DNA of 53,970 bases from a virus (taxonomy: Duplodnaviria > Caudoviricetes): positions 1 to 53,970 of the IMG/VR virus record IMGVR_UViG_3300025872_000072; one strand, written 5' to 3'. The notes beneath the pieces were generated by a model. It was not told the DNA's origin. It searched no databases and was given only the letters and a program-made list of their open reading frames with translations. The position numbers were made by a program, and so were the translations under genes. Below are positions 45,416-53,600 of this stretch, one piece after another (the stretch's first letter is position 1; every line of letters begins with the position of its first letter).

Positions 45416-46630
45416 TTACTCCGGAGACACCATGCCATCATCGGACAGGAGGTCTGAGACTGCCTTCACCTCCTCATAGGACTCAGGGTCGATGTCAACA
45501 GCAGCGGGGTTTGCCGCCAGTCGAACCATCGCCTTCTCAAGGAGTCCATCGACCCAAGGCTTGTACTCAGGTGTGTTCATAATCTCACCGAAGTCAGCCT
45601 TATAGAACTTCTTCTCGATGATGTTGACATTCTGCTCGTTGGTGACTCGCAGCACCTTCCAGGAACCTGAACCCTCGATCACTACCTGGTGCTCTTCCAC
45701 CATATCAGGCCCATGGTCACGGAGGATGTCAAAGAGCTCCTCATGCTCCTCGATTCCCTGGCCAAAGATGATTCGGAAGTTTGCCGATCGGAATGGCTTC
45801 GCCACCTTGTTCTTGATTGTCTTGGCCGAGACGTGGATGCCGAGAACCTCATCGTTGGCACCCTTGATCTGCTGGCCTGCACCGAGCTTGATGCGAACTG
45901 ACGAGTGGAACGGAATGGCATTGCCACCCGGCACCGCTGTCGGGTCACCGTACATCACACCGATCTTGGTTCGAATCTGGTTGAGGCAGACGAAGAGGAC
46001 GCTCTGGTCACCAATGACACCTGTGATCTTACGCATGCCCTTGGAAAGGACTCGTGCTTGGAGGCCTATCGTGTCCTTGTCATAGTTGCCTTCAAGCTCT
46101 GCCTTTGGTGAGGAGGCTGCAACCGAGTCCCAGATGATTGTGATCGGTACATCCTTGCTCAGGGCCTTCGCTTTCAGGATGGTCTTCTCAGCGATATCGA
46201 AGACCTCCTCTGTGCAGTGTGTGTCCACATAGACGAAACGCTTGCCAATGTCAACCCCAAGTGCCTGAAGGTTCTCGGGGTTCGTAGCGTTCTCAGTGTC
46301 GATGTAGACGGCAATCCCACCCATCTTCTGGGTAGAACGACAGATCTGGGCTGCGAGATGTGACTTGCCAATGGACGGTGGGCCGAACACCTCCACAATT
46401 CGACCCTCAGGAAGGCCACCATTCCGACGGTTTGCAATGATGTAGTCGAGACCCTTTGAGCCCGTCGAGATCCAGCGCTTCACATGAGTAGGTGAAGTCT
46501 CTGATGCAAGGTTGTATGCCACACGGTGACCGAGGTCACGGTTCAATGAATTGATGAGGTCAGAAGTAAAGTCCTCATTGACGCTGCTAATACCGTCCGT
46601 CGAATCAATGCTTACACGCTTCTTTGCCAC
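45416..46630 (-). CDS. recA: RecA/UvsX recombinase
   Basis: ISTGS, GGLPEGRIVEVFGPPSIGKS, IDTE, WDSVAA, NQIR, PGGNA, KNKV. Confidence 0.96.
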   Translation of the reverse strand: MAKKRVSIDSTDGISSVNEDFTSDLINSLNRDLGHRVAYNLASETSPTHVKRWISTGSKGLDYIIANRRNGGLPEGRIVEVFGPPSIGKSHLAAQICRSTQKMGGIAVYIDTENATNPENLQALGVDIGKRFVYVDTHCTEEVFDIAEKTILKAKALSKDVPITIIWDSVAASSPKAELEGNYDKDTIGLQARVLSKGMRKITGVIGDQSVLFVCLNQIRTKIGVMYGDPTAVPGGNAIPFHSSVRIKLGAGQQIKGANDEVLGIHVSAKTIKNKVAKPFRSANFRIIFGQGIEEHEELFDILRDHGPDMVEEHQVVIEGSGSWKVLRVTNEQNVNIIEKKFYKADFGEIMNTPEYKPWVDGLLEKAMVRLAANPAAVDIDPESYEEVKAVSDLLSDDGMVSPE

Positions 46631-46645
46631 TTTTCCTCCTGTGCA

Positions 46646-46673
46646 ATATTAGACTTCATGTCAGGATGTTTAA
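46646..46673 (-). promoter_or_regulatory. Promoter TTAAAC-N16-TAATAT for recA
   Basis: Same class and spacing as the other promoters; lies right after a terminator. Confidence 0.55.
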
Positions 46674-46680
46674 AGAACAA

Positions 46681-46703
46681 TGGCCGGCCACAAGGACCGG
46701 CCA
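46681..46703 (-). terminator. Intrinsic terminator
   Basis: TGGCCGG/CCGGCCA stem with a TCCTTGNGG core like 31208, followed by TTGTTCTTT. Confidence 0.75.
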
Positions 46704-46718
46704 AAGCCTCATATGAGG

Positions 46719-47537
46719 TTACTCAAGGTCTGCGAAAGCATCCTCGAGGTCATCCATCGACTTCTTGGTTGAGGAACCATTCGTCTTCTTGAAGGACTTC
46801 AGGTCTTCCTCATCGTCGGCGGTCTTACCACCACGAAGGGTTCCAACCGACTCAGTCTTCACATCTGGCTCGCTGCTGCCACCGCGAAGCCAGTCATTCA
46901 CTCGCTTCTCAATGTCCTCAGCCGGAAGGGTCTCCTCGTAGTCGTCAATCTTTGGAACCGAAGAGAGCCAGGACTTCACCTGTGCGGCATCCTTTGAAAG
47001 GGGCGACGGATTCGCACGAGGCTGAATCTTGGTGTCTGCATACTGCTTGCCTGGCGTCTTGGTCACGGAGACCTTGATGTCACGACCGCTCTCAACGTCC
47101 GTGATGTCACCGTAGTCCTCATCAAGCATGAGACGAAGGAGGTCCTGGTAGATCATCTTGCCGAAGGCCCAGAGGCGAACTCCCTTGTCCTCCTCCCCAC
47201 GAACCACGACGGCAGCATAGGTGCGCATCTTCGGGTAGAGCTTCTTGGCCAGCTCACGGCTGGCATCGGAACCGTCCTCACGGAGCTTGTTGATGAGGTC
47301 CTGGATCGGATCCTTCTTCCCGAACTGGTGGGGAGCCAGGATCGCACCGGCCTTGTCACCACCGATGCCGTAGTAGTACCAGCGATCAACGAACGGCTGA
47401 CCGTCATTGTTGGGGATCGCCACGATCCGGACATTGTAGTCCTTGCCCTCCTCGGGGCGCCACATAATGGTGGACTTCTTGTTCTGTCCAGAGAGGTTGT
47501 TCAGCTTCTTACGAAGTGCTTCAAAGTCGATTGCCAT
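46719..47537 (-). CDS. Single-stranded DNA-binding protein (T4 gp32-like)
   Basis: WRP..G...VRI, GVRLWAFGK, DITD...GRDI, acidic C-terminal tail ending DAFADLE. Confidence 0.88.
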   Translation of the reverse strand: MAIDFEALRKKLNNLSGQNKKSTIMWRPEEGKDYNVRIVAIPNNDGQPFVDRWYYYGIGGDKAGAILAPHQFGKKDPIQDLINKLREDGSDASRELAKKLYPKMRTYAAVVVRGEEDKGVRLWAFGKMIYQDLLRLMLDEDYGDITDVESGRDIKVSVTKTPGKQYADTKIQPRANPSPLSKDAAQVKSWLSSVPKIDDYEETLPAEDIEKRVNDWLRGGSSEPDVKTESVGTLRGGKTADDEEDLKSFKKTNGSSTKKSMDDLEDAFADLE

Positions 47538-47652
47538 GTTTGTTCTTTCCTTGCTTGTTGTTGTTTGAGTCCAGGAAGGCGTCACCCCCTTCCAAGACCT
47601 CGATGTGGGGAATCCACATAGAGATTGTAGAAACTTGTCAGTTATTGTTCAA
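47538..47652 (-). promoter_or_regulatory. SSB promoter (TTGAAC-N17-TACAAT) and structured leader
   Basis: -35 at 47647-47652 and -10 at 47624-47629. Hairpins ATGTGG/CCACAT and GGAAGG/CCTTCC, then an A/C-rich unstructured RBS region. Confidence 0.6.
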
Positions 47653-48230
47653 GATGCACGACCAAGCCACTGCCTTGCCTGGGTGAGGAGGATTGCCAGG
47701 TTGGGCTCGTGACCACCATAGAAGCGATTCTCCTCACGGTGGAGTCCGCTCGACAGCATGATCGTCGTCCACTCATCGTAGTCCAGCTGGACACCGAACG
47801 ATTGGAGCAGGAACAGGCTTCGATGGGCCACCGGCATCTTTGCGATTTTGTCGTGGTATGTGTACATATTCCCACGCTCGACGTGCCAGTTGGACTTTTG
47901 CTCCACGAGGTAGGGTGTAGTCAGGTCACCGACCATTCCAACATTGTGGAATAGACCAACGAGGATGAGTGACTCAGTTGGTACTGTGACCTCAAGAGAT
48001 TTGGAAAGCTGCGACATTCGACGTGTCACATCAAGTGTGGTCTCAACTAGCCCGCCCGGACCACAGCCAGGATTGTGCACATCGATAGATGCAGAACAGG
48101 TTATGATCCGCTCGCCAAGTGAAGTGACAAGCTCATTCACACCTGGCCTCATCACCTTTGACGCCAACTTTGTGTACTTGCCCCACAGGGATTCGAGGTC
48201 ACGATCTTGCAATTTTGTGTCCATAATCAA
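47649..48230 (-). CDS. HD-domain protein with a degenerate metal site
   Basis: CSAS....GGLVET.L.V and LFHNVG.VG correspond to the usual PAS...GGL.EH and LHD.GK motifs. Confidence 0.6.
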   Translation of the reverse strand: MIMDTKLQDRDLESLWGKYTKLASKVMRPGVNELVTSLGERIITCSASIDVHNPGCGPGGLVETTLDVTRRMSQLSKSLEVTVPTESLILVGLFHNVGMVGDLTTPYLVEQKSNWHVERGNMYTYHDKIAKMPVAHRSLFLLQSFGVQLDYDEWTTIMLSSGLHREENRFYGGHEPNLAILLTQARQWLGRAS

Positions 48231-49015
48231 ACCATTGCCTGCATGACTGCAGACCAGGTCTTTGGAAAGTTATTCTTATTGATACGGGGAGTGTGCCTTA
48301 CACCCTTCATTGCACTGGACTCGAGGTTTCCTGCCTGGTAGAACCCTGCAACCTGCCATAGGTCGGCACCCCATGCAACGATGACGACCTTTCCCTGCCT
48401 GTGCGCTTCTCTTGCAAGGGGCACACACACATCATACGACACAGAACTCATACAGGAAGGAGTCCAAGAGGCAGATCCCCAGGGGGAAAGGTCAAGAGTG
48501 CAACCACGCTGCGAGATACGCTTCCAAGCTTCTTGTGGTGCCATTCCCATTCCCACAAGCTCCTTGTGGATATCCTTCCAGACGATACCGGCATGCCAGT
48601 TGCACTGTTCACGACCGCCTGCGGCATTCCATGCGGCAAGAGCCTTTCCTCTGGTGGGCTTCCTCCCACGCAATGGTTGGAAGTTTGGTCGAAGGCCTGC
48701 ATTGGGGAATGCAGGATCAAACTTGCCAACGGCCATCTCCTCCATGTAGCGACGAGTCAGCGAATCGTTCAGCGGACCATTCTGTAGGTTGGAGTTCGGT
48801 CCAAATGCAGGATTCTTCAAGAGGATGATGACGCTTGCATTCCATGGATCGCCTGCCCATGCGGACGGAATAGCAGGTCCTGCACTTGTCTGGAGGAGGA
48901 CTTGCTTGTCAGGCTTTGCACTGGCATTCCAGGCAGCGAAACGTTGCCTATCATCCTGCGTGAACCAGTCAGCATTCAGGCCAATTTGACGACCGGACCA
49001 GGGATTCTGTACCAT
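48227..49015 (-). CDS. Uracil-DNA glycosylase superfamily-like protein
   Basis: P.AWAGDPWNASVIILLKNPA, L.PW.S, IVAWG and late H.P match a UDG-fold layout. Confidence 0.5.
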   Translation of the reverse strand: MVQNPWSGRQIGLNADWFTQDDRQRFAAWNASAKPDKQVLLQTSAGPAIPSAWAGDPWNASVIILLKNPAFGPNSNLQNGPLNDSLTRRYMEEMAVGKFDPAFPNAGLRPNFQPLRGRKPTRGKALAAWNAAGGREQCNWHAGIVWKDIHKELVGMGMAPQEAWKRISQRGCTLDLSPWGSASWTPSCMSSVSYDVCVPLAREAHRQGKVVIVAWGADLWQVAGFYQAGNLESSAMKGVRHTPRINKNNFPKTWSAVMQAMV

Positions 49016-49017
49016 TT

Positions 49018-49058
49018 TGCCTCCTGATTGATTGTAATGGAGGCACCAAAGTGTTCAT
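49018..49058 (-). promoter_or_regulatory. Promoter ATGAAC-N16-TACAAT with an SD-sequestering hairpin
   Basis: TGCCTCC/GGAGGCA 7-bp stem with the -10 box in the loop. Confidence 0.65.
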
Positions 49059-49525
49059 TTGAATCCGCGAACTATTCCGTACTGGTCCTTTACCTGCTTT
49101 CCTGTAGCGTACTCCATCTCAATCTTACCACCCTTCCAGCATGCTATACACAGAGTTTTCGTGTATATTGCAAGCCTACCAACTGGTATTAGAGCCCTAG
49201 TCGTTCCCTCTTCAGCGATCTCAATCATTTTCGGATAGACGTGTATCTCGTTACCAACGACCTCAAACTTGTCTACGGTGGCCCCTATCGCCCTGTCAGA
49301 GTTTCGAAGGAACTTTAGGATACTTGCCGCTTTTTCAATGTTTGTGCTACCCGTTGGAATGAAGTTTGTCAGCCCAAATGCTGTCAACACTTCTTTGGGT
49401 CGTTCAGCAGCTCTGCCACTCAGTGCCACCGCTGACCTCGAGGCACGGCCTGTCACTGTTTCCTTGCCCTTTTCCTCGGACAGGTAAGCCCTGATCTGCT
49501 CTCTTATGAACTCTACATCATCCAT
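49055..49525 (-). CDS. Probable virion protein with leader FIREQIRAYLSEE
   Basis: ATG 5 nt downstream of ATAGTTA. Confidence 0.6.
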   Translation of the reverse strand: MDDVEFIREQIRAYLSEEKGKETVTGRASRSAVALSGRAAERPKEVLTAFGLTNFIPTGSTNIEKAASILKFLRNSDRAIGATVDKFEVVGNEIHVYPKMIEIAEEGTTRALIPVGRLAIYTKTLCIACWKGGKIEMEYATGKQVKDQYGIVRGFK

Positions 49526-49529
49526 GTTC

Positions 49530-50663
49530 CTAACTATTGTCCTCATCGATCATCTTGACGGTGAGATAAAACTTACCAAGAGGTTCAATATCAATCTCAA
49601 GGCCGGTCTTTCCAAGTTTCTGTAGCAAGTCTCTCTCAGCATCGACCACAATCGCATCATGAATGATGAAGAGCGGCACCATCTCACGATAAGTGTCACA
49701 CAGTTTTCCAAATCCCTTCAAGGCAACGTCCACAGCGGTCGACTGGACGAAGTGTGGGAGTCTCAGGCGTTCATCTCCAGAACTCAGTGGTCGTCCATAT
49801 AGGTTACCATATGTCTCACCTCCCAAGTGTCTTCGATGAATCTCGGGTAACCCGAAGAACCTGGATATGACCGACTGTGGTATTGATGTCTCACCCCGCT
49901 GACCGTACAGTGCAGAGATTGTCGCAACCTTCAGCTGGGCCCTGGTGTGCTGTGAACCAAGCTCACTTCTCATTGCCTCGTAGATATCGAATGGTGCCTC
50001 ACCACGAGTGAGAAGCAGTGCAGTCCTCGGTTCAAGGGAAACGAAATCGATGATTCCAATGGCGCCCTTCTTGAACCTAGAGCGAAGTATGTTTCTATGC
50101 TCCTTGTTGAGGTTGAGAATCTTCGGCCCAGACCTGACTGTCAAACGTCCTGTGGTTGTTGCGTGAGAGTACCGAACTTTCTTTGTGAATCCATCCGCAG
50201 TTGGCATGAAGGATTCGGCAAATGCTGTATTGCCTTGGCTCAAGGCCTTCTTCAGGGCTTCCTCATCGATGAGTGAAGGTTGCAGTTTACCAAGGACTTT
50301 TCTCGATTCCTGTAGGTGCGGGATATACCTGTGATTGACTATTTGCGTTGCATCATCGTGCACAGTTGCATAGAGCCTCTTGAGCATCTTGGCAAACCTT
50401 GCCGTTCCTAACGCTTTATGCCAATCAATTTTTTCTCCTCCCATGATCGTCTCATATGAGAGCCTCAATGGGTCGGATACAAGGCTCGGCACTTGACATC
50501 CGAAGATTGGAAACGTGTCTTCGATGCAAAGAGGGTAAACAGCATCTGAACCCATAACAAACTCACCGTCCAAAGGCTCATCAGCTTTTCGTAAGACAGT
50601 ACCTGAAATTCGGAAGGATGCCTGTGTTCCGGTTGAATCCTTTGACAGGAAGACGTTTAGCAT
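49530..50663 (-). CDS. Compact family A DNA polymerase-like protein
   Basis: TTTGRL, motif A IDFVSLEPR, motif B R...K......YG, VQSTA, motif C IHDAI. Only 377 aa with no exonuclease domain. Confidence 0.8.
   Translation of the reverse strand: MLNVFLSKDSTGTQASFRISGTVLRKADEPLDGEFVMGSDAVYPLCIEDTFPIFGCQVPSLVSDPLRLSYETIMGGEKIDWHKALGTARFAKMLKRLYATVHDDATQIVNHRYIPHLQESRKVLGKLQPSLIDEEALKKALSQGNTAFAESFMPTADGFTKKVRYSHATTTGRLTVRSGPKILNLNKEHRNILRSRFKKGAIGIIDFVSLEPRTALLLTRGEAPFDIYEAMRSELGSQHTRAQLKVATISALYGQRGETSIPQSVISRFFGLPEIHRRHLGGETYGNLYGRPLSSGDERLRLPHFVQSTAVDVALKGFGKLCDTYREMVPLFIIHDAIVVDAERDLLQKLGKTGLEIDIEPLGKFYLTVKMIDEDNS
49531..49537 (-). promoter_or_regulatory. Putative late promoter ATAGTTA
   Basis: Recurrent heptamer. 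Confidence 0.5.
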
Positions 50664-50696
50664 GTTAAATGCTAATCACTTTAGTAGGAAGTTCAA
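50657..50696 (-). promoter_or_regulatory. Promoter TTGAAC-N16-TAGCAT whose -10 sequence pairs with the start codon
   Basis: TTAGCAT-TTAAC-ATGCTAA perfect 7-bp stem; leaderless-type start. Confidence 0.65.
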
Positions 50697-53600
50697 GTAA
50701 GAACGTCTTTCCAGTCTTCTTCCAAAGTTTTTGCGAAGTACAACGAAAACATGTTTCCATACCCTGGCTTTGAAGATCCTAAAGTACTGCTTACAAGAGA
50801 AGAGCCTATACTCGAAGATGCGCCTAAGTTGTTGTAAACACGAGCGTATCCATACTTGCTGCTCTTAGTCAAACCCTCCATAACCAAGTACCATGAATCG
50901 CTTTGTCCTGCACGAAGTGAAGGTGTAAGAGCCTGATTGTTGTCAATCCAGGAGTCTGAGTTTCTTAGCGTTTTACCGTCAGGTGCAAGCTCAAGCATGA
51001 GAGTGTAACTATACACTGTTGCTTTAGAGATTAGACCTACCTTCCCTCTGAGTTTTGCTTTCTGTTCGGTTGATATGACAAGCTTTCGCAAGAAAGATCC
51101 GCGTGTGCCCGCCTTTTTGGCTGTCTTTGAAGCTCCTGTGGAGTCTTGTCCCGACTGTTCCGGTATGCCAAGAATTGACTTGAGGCTTTCGATTGCGATG
51201 CCCGCCTTGGTGATTGGTGACTCGTAAGAAGCGTAAGCATCGCCTGGTGATACCAGCTTGAAAGATGTAGTGAAACCGTCAAGGCCAATCTTGTGGTCAA
51301 TGCCTGTGATGGCGTAGATATTGTCCGCTGTGGTGCCGGTCTTCAGGTCAACAAAGACCTGTTGCATGTACTGCAGCGTGGGCATTCCCATCATATCAAC
51401 TGTCATCTCAGTTGGAATGATCCGCATTGGGATGCCCCTCGTCTTCGTTGCATCGGGCTTTGCACCGTCCTCAGGCGCATTCCTCATCATGTTCGCAGTT
51501 GCAAGTGCGGCATCATTCATCGATGAAACGCCTATGCTGTTGATCATTCCACCTGACCTACCATATAGCAGTGTAGGAAGTCCAGTCGATACGTAACGCT
51601 TCACCTCATCAATGCTTTTCTTCGTCTCAAGCACCTTGCCTGCGTCTATTGTGACTGTGCCTGTGGTTCCATCATCAGAGGTCTTGTATGGTCCAACGAT
51701 TCCATTGTCAACAAGCTCCTTAATGATCGCCTTTCTCCTTGCGGCATTTGTCTTGGCGTCTGTCTCAGGTGCCTTTGTGAGAAGCTTATGATCGGGTGAG
51801 TTGTCTATTCCGAAGGTTGTGATATCGCCGGATCTCGCTGCCTTCAAAAGGTCGTGGTATGTCGTGAACGATGAGCATGCTTCATCCACGACATGAAGCC
51901 TCAGGATTGACTTCCTCTCATCACCACTGACCGGCACACACTCAGGATACAGGCTGAGCTTTGGGCTTGTGAACTTGCCGCTTGGAATTCCAGCCTCCCT
52001 TAGGGCCTTTGCCTCGGCCTCGGCGTCGTCCGCCAGTGCCTTTGTCTGTGCATCTTCCTTCTTGGAAGCTGACTTCTTAACATAAGTCGTCTTACCATTC
52101 TCAGTCTTTTGTTCATAGAGGCTATTGAAACCGTATGGCACTGCGTATATTGCACTGCTGACCATGTCAGACAGAAGGATTCTTGCCATTTCAAGGCAAC
52201 TCACCTTTGTCCTCTGCTTGAACTCGTCCTGAATCCTCTTAACGACAGCCTGCTTGCTGATGGGAAACTTCGCAATCGAGAGATCTCTAACGAAGCTCGC
52301 GTACTCATTGAAGGTGTGGAAGATCATGTGGACCTCCTCATACTCCCCAGTATTTGCAAGTGGAAGTCCAACGAAAGCTAGCAGAAGTTTGCCCAAAGAG
52401 ATTGGGTCACTGATTGTCTTGTTTCCTGCACTTAGTGCGCTGATGGTGAAAGCGGTATTCCTTCCGATCTGTGCATCAGTGCATGGGAATATCTCAATAC
52501 CGCTACCAATTGCATCGAGGCTATCAGTAACAGCCTTGTCAGAGCTCTTCTTAATCGTCGCAGATACCGAGTTCTTGTTAGGGTCGAGAAGTTTCTCTAT
52601 GTTCTTTACAAGTTCTGCATTTGCCTCGCCGCCTTTCTTGAGCTTGTCTAGACTCTTTTTAAATTCCTTCCAGCTCTCTGCATCGAGTGAGAATGCGGAA
52701 TCGGTGCTTGAAACCGCGTTCAGTATAGTCTCATCGCAGAGTTTCTTGAACTTTTCACTTCCCCCACGAAGCTCTTGAATCTTTTTAGAGATCTCACCCA
52801 ACTGCTCTTCAAAGCTTGCAAGCTGTTGATTATTTGCCATTGAGATGTCTGTTGTCTTCAGTGCAGGAGTACCAACCATTGCAAGTGTGAGGTTTATCTC
52901 TACCTGACCCGAGTCATCAAAGCTGAAGGATGAGTTCACAACGCTGTACTTCTCACGGACTCTCAGTCCATCAAGAAAGGCACCCATAGGATTGTCTGTA
53001 GCATTCCTAGTGACGTTATTACCGAATGGATGGCTCCAACCGTACTCAATGTCAAGTATTGTCTTCTGGTAGACTGATGCGTTGACGAACTGTGTCACTT
53101 GGGCAAGCCTGCTTCTGTCATGAAGGGTGAGCGACATTTTGGCAGACTTATATGCAAACCATCCGCCAGTAGGAGTGACACTAATGTCGAGTCCTTTCAA
53201 AGACATGAAAGGCCTGAACCTGTCAAGGACCCTTTCATGCCCCTTGGTCGGATTGAAAGCGTTTGAGTCAAGTGGTGAGACCATCGTCTGGGGCGAAGTA
53301 AAGATCTCCATACCTGCGGTCCTGCTCACATCACTGGTTTCCGACCTGCTGAATGCTATCGTGCTGTCCATTAGAGACTCGCTGAAGTCCGATATGTTCT
53401 TTCCCATTCCGTTGATGTAACTCAGGATGGAGAGTCCGCTGATGTCTCCTGCGCTGTTGATTCCTCCTGAACTTCCTGATACGCCTATTGAGACATTCAG
53501 GTATGGGACGCATCTTGACATTTCAATCGGTGATATGATCGATGTAAAGATACCGAAGGGTGTGGTGTCCCTTGTGTGACTTCCAATGCGAGGATTCAGC

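Noticed and set aside
421-53420. Numerous plus-strand ORFs (e.g. 9147..9911, 24458..25198, 31795..32433)
   Set aside because: They are antisense shadows of well-supported minus-strand genes, with no motifs or RBS.
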